Positions 37,647 to 51,575 of a stretch of DNA of 64,000 nucleotides are shown one piece after another. The stretch's first letter is position 1; every line of letters begins with the position of its first letter. The stretch is from NCBI RefSeq assembly GCF_003704095.1, contig NW_020846178.1, positions 620,001-684,000 on the forward strand, in the 5' to 3' direction. The translations under genes and the position numbers were made by a program. The notes under the pieces were generated by a model. That model saw only the letters and a program-made list of their open reading frames with translations. It did no database searches and was not told where the DNA came from. This stretch comes from Pocillopora damicornis (taxonomy: Eukaryota).

Positions 37647-40600
37647 GGTAAATTCGAATTCCACACAAAGTGATTTTTGTCAAGTTGACCTGCACTCGTT
37701 TTAAATGAACTAAGTCGGATAGGAAACTCTTATGTATCAACGGATAGTGAGCCCGCTTTAAATTATGTTGAGGGGAGACAAAATGAGTGCAAATGACCGG
37801 TAGGTGGTCAGAGAGGAAGTTAAACCAAAATACTAAAAGCTTGCGCGAGTTTCCTACGCACTCAGCTGCCATTCGGCAAAACAGAGGGCGAATGACGTTC
37901 GTTTGGGGCTTTAGGTGGCTTCCTGACGAACACGATGGAGGTTTTCTTTCTTCTTTTCAAACCCGGAATATTTTTGTCAAAAAAAATGCACCGTTTGTGA
38001 AATTCTATTGAGAGCGGCCTGAGTTTTGCTTGTTTATTAAAGAATCTCAGTATGCTATCGTTTGCGTGTTTCGAAGGATTTTTCCTTTTTCGCAAAATCT
38101 TAACGTTAAAAATTTTCTTCGTTTAGTAGGGATTATTTTTCATCTCAATATGATTTTGATTGTTTTTTTGTTAACAAGTCTACGTCTTTGGTGTATTTTA
38201 TCCGAGGTAAAGAGTGAAGTGCTTGGTGATCAATTAATTTTAATGCGTCACTTCCATCGTGTTTCCTTCGTGAACTGTAATTTGTATTTCCTCTTTTGAA
38301 ACTCAAATTAAGTCTATGTGCGCCGCATAAAGCTGACTAAAAGCATGATAACAAAATTAATTTACAGCGTGTACTTGTTGTTCGCATTTGCACATAAATG
38401 CATCTTAATTCAATTAATATCCAAAAACTATATATAATTAATCCTTTCACTAACTTGTGGGTACTGGATTTAAGTGCTGACCAAAAATGAACGCGCATGC
38501 GCTCTTTTAGATTCCCCCCCACACAAGCATACATACGCACACCCAGTTCGCCCACTGAGATATAATCTTATTTAGCCTGTAATAAAACAAGAATGGAACA
38601 AAGAAAAGCGGAGAAAAACCAAGGGTGAATGGGAATAGCTCTTCCTTGTTTCCAGGCCTCGATTGAACCACACTTGGTGCAAAAAAAAATTTTTAACGAA
38701 AAAATTGCTCGAAAAAGTATTTTAAAGGCATCATTATTGAACATGTTTTTAGCAGAATACAGTAACCTGTCAGCATCTTGCAGATCAGTCATTCGTAACA
38801 ACGTCAGTTTCGACAAGAAGTTGATCTACTCGACGGTGGAAAATAATGATATTTTTCTAAACTAGGTTGAAACGCTGATAATAGCTTCTGCAAAATTAAA
38901 GCATTAAATTTGTTAACCCTTTAACTTAACCCTTCTTCTTACTGTCTGATCAGGGAATTACCACAAATATCTTGCTTCCTACATGCATCGTTATTAGGCC
39001 TCCCTCACTCAAATCGAACGTACGAGTTAGAGTCCATTATTCTCTTGCCTTCTCGAGAGAAGACGTTCGTTCATTTTTTCTGTGGCATAATCTGAGACAA
39101 GAGATTATGATCTCTTTCTGAGAATATTTGAATAAATTGTGGCATGATGCGTCAAAATCATGAAACCAGTGCTAGCGCAACAGTAAGCAACAGAGGGGCT
39201 CAATGCACTGGAATTTTATTTTCTATTTCCCAAATCCCGCTCATTTAATTCTAATTGCCCTCTCCTCTACGTGTGCCTTGAAAGGCAAAAAAAAAAAAAA
39301 AAAAAAAAAAACATACCACCGGAGTCAGCCATCTTTAATAACGACAGAGCCGCTGCGTGATTTTCAGTAGTCGAATAAGTTTGCTGCTCAAATGGGAGAG
39401 GAAGCTTGACTGCAAGATTGTAGGACAGTGTCATAAATGTTTTTTTGTCTCTGCAAAAAAAAAAAAAAAGAACTTTAAAACTGTCATTCATATTTCATTT
39501 TTTGATAAATGACACAGTCTTGTCACATCAAGGTACATCTTGCATCTTTCATCTTACCGTCTGATTTACATTTATTTGGATGGAAAATGTTATGGTTTAT
39601 AGAGGTTTCGCCCCATTGTAGTAAAACAAGTTGCCCCCACCTTTGACAGTTCGCCCGTAAAATTGTTACGGCAGAATCAATCATAATTAAATGTTGCTCG
39701 AAACATAGTGTGGTAGGGGAAAACTTGAAATGGAGCAAAACGTCTGTGAACTAACGTTAGAGATAAAATAGAATAAAGTAATATTGCTGAGGAAAAAATG
39801 GAGACAAAACCTTCTTGTTTCAAACTTACAGGCTATTCTTATTAACAAAGCTGATGTTCCAAAATAAACAGTGATCTATAGAAAATCCTTGGTATGCTCT
39901 CATGTTGTAATAAGACGCTATAACATAGCCCCCTCCATCCCCCTCCTTGTTGAAGAAAATTCCCTGACGGCCGCACCCCTATGAGTTATCTTAATTCGTA
40001 TCAGTTTAAATATACCATAGGCTCACCAGTTTATCTACCCATATATCCCTGTTTCATTGCCTTAAAAAAGAGGCAATATGTTTTGGAGGCGTCGAGTTAA
40101 GCTGAAGAACACACACTTATAAGGCCTCGCCAATAAGTATTATGTACAGTGGTTACCAGGCTCAAAACGGTTGACTTAAATATAGAGGAACTGGACGAAT
40201 GTCACGAAATCGAAATGGGAGGCCAACCAAATCTTTCAATGAGGACTGATATTCGACTCTGACACGTCTTTGAGGAAAAAAAAACTGGTCTGTCTAACAA
40301 AAAACGTCTGAGAGCCGTTTCACTGTCTGTGTCGGGGAAAAAAAAATAAGCATTTCGCGTCCTAGAGCTCCGAGACTATGCTGAGACAGTAATTCAACGA
40401 AGACAGCTCGTCGTTTGGCGATGAGAAAATGGGCACGCTGGTACGGCATGACATGCAAAGGCAAAATAGTTAGACGGATAAGGCTTGCTAATAACCTTTA
40501 CGTCACTTAGCCAAAGAGTTTTTGACGGCGATGAAACTAGTAAGTCGTTTTTAACTTGTCTCAATAGAAGATAAACGTGTGTTGGTGATGCTAAGAGTTG

Positions 40601-43337
40601 CGTTGAATCACCACACAGTTTTTTCTATATAATTGAGGTAAATCAGTGCTTATGTATCCTGTGATAGAGCTCGATTCAAGCTAAAATGGTTGAATGCGAA
40701 ATATTGTTCCTGGTGAGGAATTAGAATATTAGCTTCCTAAATTGCTTCACTTTGATATCTTTCACCTGTTTCTTGATAATAACAACCTGTACACTCTCGA
40801 AACCATTTACCCATGGCGATTTCCTCAAGGTTCAGTCAGTGTTTATCATATTAAAAGCCAAAAAACCAAGAAGAAATAACAGGCTCTTTCACTTTTAAGC
40901 ATACTATTGAGCAAAACATCATTTCACCTTAAAATAATATGATTTAGGTCAAGAACTTGAAACCTGATTGCTTCCAGTGCATATCATTCACCAACTTCTC
41001 CGTCACTGTTTTGATCGGCGCAAATTTGTTTTGAAGCACAGTGTTCTATTTAGCTGTAAACATTCAGCTGCGAACCAGCTAGGTTAAATGTTTTACCCTT
41101 TCCTACCTTGAGACCCTATTATCTTCTACAGAATATCAGTGGTTCCCCGCAGACTAAGAGAACGAAACTCAGTAAACGAACGAGATATCACTGATTTGAT
41201 AGCGAAACATTGCGATCCGGAAACATAAATTCTGCTTATATGGTATTTAAGGGTGTATATCTGGTCTATATTTTCTGTCTACTCTGAATCGAGGTATTAA
41301 TCGAAAGTGAAAGCCCCAGTAATTCATGGATACAGTTTTTTAACTTGGAATTTAACAAGAGGCGTGTATATCGTCGTGAAAATTTTACGAGCGAAGACAT
41401 TAAAACGAGGAAGCTTTCAACATTCTGTTACCTGTTCTTAAAAAATGTAACTGTCTAAGCCTAAAATCGGTGAGATTCATTGGTTGATATTTCGTTTAGT
41501 TCGCATAGAAAATATCTTCTGCTCAACATCGCTCAAATCTCCACAACTATCTCCTAACATGTATTGCTAAATATTTCGGAGACATTAAAGAACTGGTCAC
41601 GATTCTAAGTCGTTGGAGTGAACGTGACCTTATATACTTCCGCCGATTCTTCTGTTTACAAACGAAAATAAATCTTAATTCGCAAAATATACGGAAGCCT
41701 TCTCTGCGAAACCTAAAGTCCCTCAGTATTTAAATGATTTATTCCACCACGTCCGGTGACAGTGTTACATGCTACAAGCTTGAAACGTACTGACAGTGTT
41801 TTACAAAGTTTTCGATTGTTTTGTATAGAACCATAGGTTGGGAATTTGCCATATGCTTTATAACTTAATTTTCAATTTAACATTCCGAAAAGGATTAGAA
41901 TTAACGAACACAGCTAGGTCATAACGTATCTTTTTAATAAAAGGTTTAATTTCTTTAACCGAGTTTAAGTTTTGAGTCAGAGTGAAATTTATAAATTTAT
42001 GTCTATGCCATATTTCGAGTAAAAGTTTAATATCATTATACTGAAGTATTTCAAGCCTTTTTAGACTAAAATATACGTTCAACAGACAAATTAAAGGTAG
42101 TAGTAGTATATGAGGAAAGCCACGAATGGGCTACAGAAGCCCTGAGGTTAGTTACCCTGGAACCTTCTGCATTAAAACAAACAATTCTCCCAATAAAGCA
42201 GGTTGATACAGCGACTAATATCATCAAAAAATGATGTAGAAGCACTTCCTACGTCAAAAAAACAATAGGTTACAGGAAAAGAAAGAAAGGAAATTATCAG
42301 AAGATAAACTGAGCTGCCTTGTGATAAAAGGCAGTTCAATAACATTAACAGTTTTGTGCCTGAAACAAAAGAGTTATTGTGCACCTGGACACCAATGCCA
42401 AACATGAGCAATTACAAGCAGAAGATGAAATTTGAAGGTTAAAACATCGCATGAAATTAAGAGAGAACTGAAAGATTCTAACAGGCCATGAAAATCAAAC
42501 TCTGATTAAAAGAAAACTTGGAATAGTGTGGCAATTTGCACCACCCCATGAAAACAAAGGAAAGACAAGGTAGACTGAGTCATACCATGCTTTACCAAGT
42601 CAACCCAGGCCATGACCAAGCCATGCCATGGGATGGAAACTTTGCTACAAAAAAAGGATGAGAAAATATCACCCTAAGACAAGTTGAAAAACCTTGTCGT
42701 GGGTAACATGACTGGAAATTGTCTGTCACTGAACTGACACAACATATAAGATGTGCCATGCTGAAAAAAGTTGAATAAATAAAATTATATTTTGTACACT
42801 ATACTATTCTTCTTTATCGTCCAGAACTGCAGATCATTAATTGCATTTGCTCAATAAAAAAGAACCCTACATAGGTATTTTAAATGACCTAGAGAAAGAA
42901 TTCTTCATTGTGCCTGAGAAACCTAAGTACCAAGAAGCTATGAGAGGTAAACAAAGACTGGACACTAGTGAATTGGGTCCCCCGCAGTTGAAACAGAAGA
43001 AGATCATTTCTTAAAGGCAATAAAAAAGTACCAATAAAATAATGAAAAAAAAGAAACTTATGGTATGGAAAGTTTGATGAACAGACCGCATGCAAGTGAA
43101 GATCTAACCTTGCTAAGCAGGGTATAAAAATGGAATCGTTCACAGGTAGGAGAGACAAAGATCATCAGGACATTTTAAAAGCCAGAACAGAGCTCCATAT
43201 ACAAAGTGTAGGCTCAATCTTGTATTTAGATGACATCGCAAGTGGAACATAGGAGGAGAAGTCTGCGAAACAAAACTGAAGTGCCACGAAGTTACAAAGA
43301 TGAAAACAAGGGTAAACCATTTAGAGCAGAGACCATC

Positions 43338-43432
43338 AGAGAGAGAGGGAAAGATAGAGACAGACAGAGACAGACAGACAGACAGACAGAGAGGAAGAAA
43401 CAGAGAGAGAGAAGAAGAGAAGAGAAAAAGAA
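43338..43432. repeat. Compound (AG)n/(AGAC)n microsatellite
   Basis: AGAGAGAGAGG...GACAGACAGAGACAGACAGACAGACAGACAGAGAGG...GAGAGAGAGAAG. Confidence 0.9.
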
Positions 43433-46400
43433 ATAATCAGAAATTAGCATTGATTGTAAATCAGCTCCGATAATATACAGACACATTCCCCTGCAATAAC
43501 TCAGGCCAGGAAGTGACAGTGTTTTTTCATGTAACTTCATACCAAATTTATAGATAATGGAGTCCACTGCTTCTCTTGCCAGTTTTTGGGTATCATTCCT
43601 TTGTAAGTATCCGCAGGGATTTTTACTAGTTGAGTCCACGAAACTACTAAGCTCTTTTCGTGTGATATTTTAATTTCATCATAAACAGTTTCACCCTCAA
43701 TAAGCTCAGCCATTGGTGTTAAAAGTAACGTCAGAAACTGACCCAATGACGAATTGCGTTGTTTCAGGTTTTAAACCTGCGTGAATTGGGAATGTTAACA
43801 AAAAAAACTTAATTCATGTTTACAGTATTGCATAGATCAAACAACCATCCTTTCTCACAGCATAAATTAACTAGGGGAAGTGGTAAGCCCCTATTGACTT
43901 CACTCTACGTTACCAAGACAACAAGCGCTCCAACTCACATGGCATTGATCAAACATGGCGAACTTCCGTTCGTGACAAGAACAGATGTGTTTAACCTTTG
44001 ATTTCACAAACAATTTGTACGTGCCAAATTCCTCTAAGGCCGTGAACATGGTGAACGGAGAGAAATGTGTTTAGCATTTTTGGCTCTCTCATAAAAGTGC
44101 AATTTTTTGAAAATAAGAAAAAAAAAACATCCGTGTAGTCTATTCCTTTATAAACACATGGTTGAGTTCCTTGCAGAATCCGATCAACGATCAGCGAGTC
44201 AGATTCTGTCCGTCGTTGTCTAGTCGCTGTGCTGAACGGTAAGAAAATACTAGGTATTATTTCTTCAAAGTGATATCTTTGTCAAAGTCGTAGTTTCAAA
44301 CCTTAATTAAGTTTCAGCAGATAAAAGAAGGTGCTTTTAGCCTATACTTCAACAACAAAGTCTTCTTCCTCACAAATAATATCACTCACAAACTTGATGA
44401 TTTAAGTGAGAACGTTTCTCGTTACACAACACTGAGTAAAAAGATAAACGAGACGTCGCGACGTCAAGAAGTCTAATGTTGCGTCTTCTTGACTGTAATT
44501 GTAATAATTTTCTAAGTTTTAAAGGAAAGAGCCTTACGATCAAGACCAAAGACCGATGTTTCTCTGGCAGTAAAGTAACTCCAAGATTTACCGAAATATT
44601 TCTCACTTCCCTGATTCATGCCGACGAGGGCTTATTAGACGTTTTCAATAAATTTAAGATCTTCGAAATACAGGAACTAAAAGAAAAAACCGAGCAAAAA
44701 CTTTCCCGATGAAATTTGGTATGGCGGAAGGATATGAACTAGGATGCATATGTTATTTTGGGGTAACTTGAGTTGTATTGATTATTAAGATCACAAAAGT
44801 ATTTCCTTCTTCCTTCTTACTGTTCAGCAATATCGTGTTTAATAGATGACTCACCAAAGAAACAGTCTTATTTTTATTCAAAGGAACTTTCAGAAAAGTG
44901 ACTTTTGCAAACAACTGTAAATTCGCAAAGGTATTCATCCACATCTATTTTGAAAAACTTTATATCATGTCTTTTGTATATGGCATTTCGTTTTTTTTTC
45001 TAGCATACGTGACATACCACAGCATTTTTGCAACCTTGCTGGAAAGATGAAGTTACAATTCAGACAAAGGATCAAAGTGTGCTGTTATCGATAAAAGCAA
45101 ACAATATTCTGTTGGCCGCGAACAGTCACCGCGCTGAACTAAGAAATGGCCGTAAATCTTCAACATCATAGCAATCTAAATATTCCGTAAGAAGCAATTC
45201 ACTTAGCGTGTTTCTTCACTTTCGTCTTTGATCCTTAAACTTCAGTGTGTGGCTTATCATATAGCCTATAGCTTGAGCTTAAAATCTCATTAGATTATTT
45301 ACGCATCAAGTCTTCGAAGAAAGTGCCTCTGTGAGTCACGAAATTTTTACCTAACGTTTGACGAGAGAGGCTTTGACAGAAAAATAAATCCGACAGCACC
45401 AATACAATGGTCAGCCATAATATTAAGTAAAACGGATCCAGTAAATATCTCAAAGCGAGTAATTAAAATTGGTTAGTCGAGGATTCAATTATCGACTTAT
45501 TTCCTAAAAGAAACAACGTCTTCAAATTTATAGCCAGCTTAAAGAGGAAGCAGAAAGAGGCTGAGCTTATTTTATGGTGACTTACCAGCAAAATTGCTCC
45601 AAAAACCAGGTTTCAATATAGTTCACTGCGATATTTTCCTCCGAAGCGTGATCTTAAATAAACGAACACCATTTACTACAAAACATGACAACAAAAAAAG
45701 GATGCAATATATTCCAAAACTGGAGTCAACTTTCTGAAGAAGGAAGTAGGAAATTAATGAGATTTCGCTTACCAGGATTAGCAACCTCGGAAAGCACTCA
45801 ACCGGGAGATTGTGTAGAACGTGTAAACTGGAACAGGACGGGAAGAGAAGTGACTGTTTTTGGTTTATTTCTAGCTTTTGTTGTTGTTGAAGAAAACAAC
45901 TTCCTTTTTTGCTCTTAGTCAAGATCAGTTTCGATTTCGGAGTGACCTCATATAAGCATCGCGTTATTCAAACGACACGTATTCGTTTGAGAAGATAGAG
46001 TAACAAACAACAATTATTCAGCATTTCTTCCTGTGAGGCCCTTTTTAAAAAGGACAAAACGTTCATTTTTTTTGACAGAAGATTTGATTTCCACCAAAAG
46101 GATTTGGAGCCACTCAGACATGATATTAATTTCCGAGTTCATACTACTGAGTAATAGTAACGATATCAAATTCCGGATTTCCAAAAATTTATTTTAAGAA
46201 TCGACGTTTCGTAACTTACCGTCATGCTTACATGAGTAAAAACCTGTCTTTTTGTTTTCCACAGTATCTAAGCAGTTTGCATAGTTTTTTTAGATTTACA
46301 ACACAAAACTACAGCTGTATTAAAGAAAAATGTTACGAAAACAATCGAAATGGCAGGTCACGCGCGATTAACGCGCGGGTCTGCGCGTAGAAGACTGCAT

Positions 46401-49400
46401 TAGTTAGTTCCCTGCCGAATTACGCCGACGACGATTTTTGCGTGGGGTAAGTTTTATTGTGTTACTATTTTGGTTGTTTTTGATGGACAATTTTTTGAAT
46501 AAAAATACGTAGCTTGCTCGGCCTTTATCTAAGGAATAAGCGAATTCAACTTACTGGCGTCACTACACGTGCTGCTATTGCAATAAAGTGACAGAATTTA
46601 GTTACTTTGATTTAAAATTCGGCTTTTATTTTGCCTTGTGATTTAATAAGGGACGAATTAATCTGTGTTAAGGAATGGCAGTATCATCAGCTGAAAAGAA
46701 CAATGTGGTTGCCTTGCTTAAAGGACGAGAATTACTTCCGGTGTAGGGTTTGCCACTCCATCTCAAATGTTCCTAAAACTCCCGAACTTGCAGACAATGG
46801 TGACTGAATTTCCTGAATTAAAAATTACAATTTTGGAGGCTCGAAAAATGATTTAAATGTAAAAATGTGCCAAGATATTCGAGAAAATCTAACCCTTTTT
46901 TTTGCTTCAATCAAGTTCTATTATTCTGCTTCATCTTTCCTTCAATATTCATCAGTTCCACAAAATAATATCCATTTTTGAACCTTTTATCCGAAGTAAT
47001 ATGACATGAAGTCTTCTTGACGCACTTTATCTTCCCGGGAAACGTGAATTTATTCCTGATTCGTGATCTCTTAGTTTGTTTTCTGTGAACGCGAAAGATC
47101 AGTTTTGGGTATTATCCGTGACGCGAAAAATACAATATACCTTCACAACACTGAATCATCTTAAAACATAGAGTTGACTTGGACGGAATATCCACGCTAT
47201 TCGATCTGTTATATGCGATCAAAACTTACCAAGCAAACATTATAGAGTATGATATGTAATGGATCCAAGCGATACAATTTCCGGTTCTTTTTTTTGTTAC
47301 TCGACTTGAAAGAAAGGATCGTGTTTTTAATCACTTTATTTCACTGTAATGAGTTGTCTAGCTGCTTACTTTTCAAGAGTATAATAAAATAATCGTTACA
47401 AATCTTGTTTAAACTAAGGGGATGATATCATCTTGTAAAATTTAGCCGAAAGTTTTAAGTTTAGTGTCGCACAATCCTAAGTATCCTTCTTCATCATTTT
47501 TATTTCCTTTAAGTACAGTGTTGCCTCTTTGTTGTTTGTCTGCCTCAGCACATTTAGATTCAAAGGTTTTTTACCCGTTGAGAATAATTGTTAATAACCA
47601 AAAAGAAAACAAAGCAAGATATTGTGTTTTAACGCTTCGTTGGAACTTAATACGAATGATATTTCCAAACAATGATGTGATATTGAACAGTAATATCGAG
47701 TCCCTCAGAAGTTTTAGTTGACGAGTTTCGTTCAGAACTTCAGCGTTTCAGTAACATTTTTCTACCTTCAACTGGCATTTCAAATTCTCAGCGTTTATAA
47801 AACACGAAAAAGGTGAATCGATATAATAAATTTTAGTGTGGCGATGGGTCCACGACCTTGTAATTAACTGACGTTAATCACTTCAACATAGACTTTCAGT
47901 CTGTGCCCCCTTTAATTCGCTAATTAGTTCAGGGAAACGGAACTCACTGTGCGATGCATGCAAATTACAAATTTTTCTTAAAAGCGCTGAATTTGCATCT
48001 ACGATTCCAAAACCATCGATGAGTCGACCGCTTGAAAGCAAAACCATTTCCATTTAGAAAAGACAGGAATATTCTTTGCGTTCTACGTTTGGTGTTCTTC
48101 AACACTGGTCCAATCTCTTTTCATCATTTCCGAAACGTCTCAAAAACTGACTAAGAAATAGAGTCCTAAGCTCACAGCTTCATAGATACGCATGATACTC
48201 AAAATAACACTCTATGGTGTTCACGGCCATGGGTGACGTAAATAAGTAATTGCCATGACTGACCATGCTTAATTTTCTTGGAGGCGTTCAGTTGTGTATT
48301 TGATTCAAAGCAGAATTTTGACAGCTTGCGGTCAAATCCACATTATATCATTCCTATACTACAGAAGGTCCTCTCTCGTCATATCAATCGCTCATTAGCT
48401 CTCTGTTGAAACTTGTATTGGTTCATCTAAAACTTTAGGTGATAAATTCCTCATACTACAAGTTTCCCGATCAAAATTCATGGATTAAGTTCTTGTTTCG
48501 CGGGATACGAACGATCTTGATAAATTTGCCTCTACTTGGGGTATCCGTTCTAGGCCCCTTTGTCTAGATCCTATTATCCGTTGTTAAGCTGCTTTATTAA
48601 GGGGGGTAGTCATGTAGAGTTCACTTATAAAACCGGATTTCCCAGTGTAGTTATTCGATTCCATTAAAACAGCGTGACAAAGCATGGAAGGAAGTCTTGA
48701 TAAGTGTAAAAAATAAATACGCTTTGTCTGAATCAGGGGTCATTTAGTTCGAATTGTCACTACAACTCTCCCTGACCCCTTCCCGGTCGGTGGAACATCA
48801 TTTCTGAGAAATCAGTAATAAATCGTTAACTGTGACAAACAGAAAATTACAAGTAATCATAAATCAAAGCAAAAAGCGTAAGGGCAATGAAGCGCAACCG
48901 GCTCTTGGAGAAACTTACGTCTTAACAAAAGGTATTGACGGAGTAGAGGCGGACGTGCGTGAAGGAAAGTACAGGAAAATGTAAAGTCTCTATCAATAAA
49001 AACATTATAACAGGAACTCAAAAGAGCTGTGTAATGGTGGTTACAAAAATGATTGTGTAATAACGGTATTCTGTTGCTTAATTTTTAAAAATGATTTAAG
49101 ATTTGTCAGATTCTTATATTCTCCTTCTTCCCTAGTCACCATCAAATGTTAAGCTGGCGACCGCAAATGCTCTTATGAAACGTATGGCTTATGTGACACA
49201 AGTGTTTTGCAGACATTACTTTGAGAAATCTGTAAGTTGTTGGTTAAATCCGAGCATTTAGTCGTTAGGAATGAGTTCATTATTCAAGCTTTTACCACGT
49301 CAGTAGCCCAAGAGTTAAGGAATCTTTCCTCAATTAAATAAACTTCTTTGACTGCTCCAAAGCAATGCGGGGCATAAGATATTTATAACAAGTATTGAAT

Positions 49401-49778
49401 GTTTCAAAGTGGAAACCGTAAAGAAGCTGAAATTCATACCATTGTCGCGTACGAACTGACATGGTGCGCAATTTACTTAGATTCGAAACTCGAAAAAGAT
49501 AAGACACCATGTTTCGCTTTAAACACAGCGAGGCAGGTGCGAAATAATTTGCTAATGACAAAATATCTAGCAAGCGTGTTGATGTTGCATTACGTGACAA
49601 AAGTGAATTTATATTCTTTAGCGATGCTTTCTTTCGTGTTTTTGCAACAAGTCATTTGCGTAGCTACAAGTTCTCTTAAATCCATGAATAGTTAAGAATC
49701 ACTTACCGTTTGGTCACCAAATAGCAGAGGTTTCATGTAGAAGCGAAACTGTTGAACCGTCTGTCTATCCTAGTCGGT

Positions 49779-49831
49779 ACTTCCGCCTTGGATCGTGTCA
49801 CGTGATTAATACGAAGCCGAGTGCCGGAAGT
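49779..49831. promoter_or_regulatory. Promoter-like motif cluster: two ETS sites flanking an E-box
   Basis: ACTTCCGC (49779-49786), GTCACGTGAT (49797-49806) and GCCGGAAGT (49823-49831). A minus-strand donor G|GTAAGT lies ~70 nt away at 49706. Confidence 0.45.
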
Positions 49832-51419
49832 TTACGTTAGTTGTCGGAGTTATTAAAATTTTTACTCGGCCACGACCACATCAGATGTTTTAAACATCAA
49901 CAAAATTAGCACCATTTTCCGCTCCGCTTGTGAAGAATAATTTTGTGGTTTGCAAAAAATGGTTCTCTTTGTATTTCCGCGTTTGATGAAACGAAGCACG
50001 TACGCAGCTGTTGATTATAGTTTGCCGGTCTTCGATTGGCCAGTATTTAGGAAACATGGACTAAGCGACACGCTGAAGCCGAGAGAGATTATGTTAGGAT
50101 TATTCATTTCAGGCGCTGAAGAACTCGTTTTTTACACTCCGATAGTCAATTTACGGAGATGACTGAACTGAAATATTTTAAGAGTTTTGGTTTCTAAAAC
50201 CGCGTCGAATTTGTAAGCAAACAAAAATAGATGACTTCAATCAATATTTTCTATCTGAAATTTGCACACAATAACAATGGGGTCCGTTTAAAACAGAACA
50301 GATTCGACATCTCTCCAAATATTTTAGAAAATGCTTCAGAAAACAAACAAATTTCTATGCATTATAGTTGTTAAATTGATGAGATAGGCATTGAAAAATT
50401 TATATTAATACTGTATGAAGTAACGCAATACCGTTTTATTGATATTTCGCGATGCAATCGACGATCTAAATGCTCCAAGTATAGAAGTAAATTTTAAAGA
50501 AATTAGAACTTATTTAAAATCTAAGTTATATTATCTCGTCAACCTATATAATTTTTTTGTTGCACATTATTAATTTGCAAGATTCCTAGAACTAAAATAA
50601 ATGGAATTGCCGGGAAATCAGAAAAGGAGAATTGATATTTCGATATATAGATCTTTTTCTTCATCAAGTTCAAGAGCTAAATGAATTACAAATTTGAGTT
50701 TACTCACCTTAAACACTCACAACAAACGGACGAAAACGCACAAGCGTATCACCATTTCCATACGTAATTTACTTGTCAGAATGTAGACACGTGGGTCCGT
50801 TGTTTGACACGTGAATTAAGTACCTCTGTCGAGGTCATTGTGTCTGTTAAACGAATACACTGGAAATGACTCTTTATATAATAACAAAATTGTCACACAA
50901 TACAACCTTCCGCGTTCGGTTATTTCTAGGAACGAGATTTATCACTTCCTCTTTTATTGAAACCCAAAAATGGATCATCGTGAATTATTGTTTTTACTCA
51001 GATTAAGCGGAAGCCGAAGCTGGTAAATAATTTATTCGTTCATATCATTCTACTTCCTTTCTAGGTCTTGAACGTTCTGACATATCAATTCGCATAACTT
51101 GTTTTGCTTTTTAAAACAGAAAACAGAAGACTGTTTCGCTAGTTTCGTACTCTCCGGTTGTTATTGTAGAGGCTAAATTATTGACTTCGTGTGATAATTT
51201 CCATGAAGCTACACAGGTCTCGCTTGGGCGAAAGAAACTAGAACGCGATAAAACGAGATTCTTAGAATGAAAGGAACAATGACCCGACACGTTGCTGTCT
51301 GCAAAACAACGTGACCTTGCCTTAATTTCCGTGTTTTTCAAAACGGGAACCTTGACGACAAAATTTCATGCTTCATTTCGACTCATAACACTTCTTAAAA
51401 CACATCTCTTTAGACAGGC

Positions 51420-51575
51420 ATTTTCATACTTTTTTTTAGTTAGTCAAATTGTATATTCTTAGCCTTTTATAATTCGTTTTCATATTTTATTTTGCTTAGT
51501 CATATTGTATAGCGCATTAGATCATATCCGCATGTATTTTGCGCTATATAAGTAATAAATTATTAATTATTATTA
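51420..51575 (+). mobile_element. LINE (L2-like) 3' tail remnant
   Basis: TTGTATAGCGCATTAGATC...TTTGCGCTATATAAGTAATAAATTATTAATTATTATTA is a stem-loop (ATAGCGCA/TGCGCTAT) followed by an (ATT)n tail. Confidence 0.55.

Noticed and set aside
48830-49706. snoRNA-host gene interpretation of the small non-coding exons
   Set aside because: I could not find convincing C/D or H/ACA boxes by eye. A covariance-model search would be needed.
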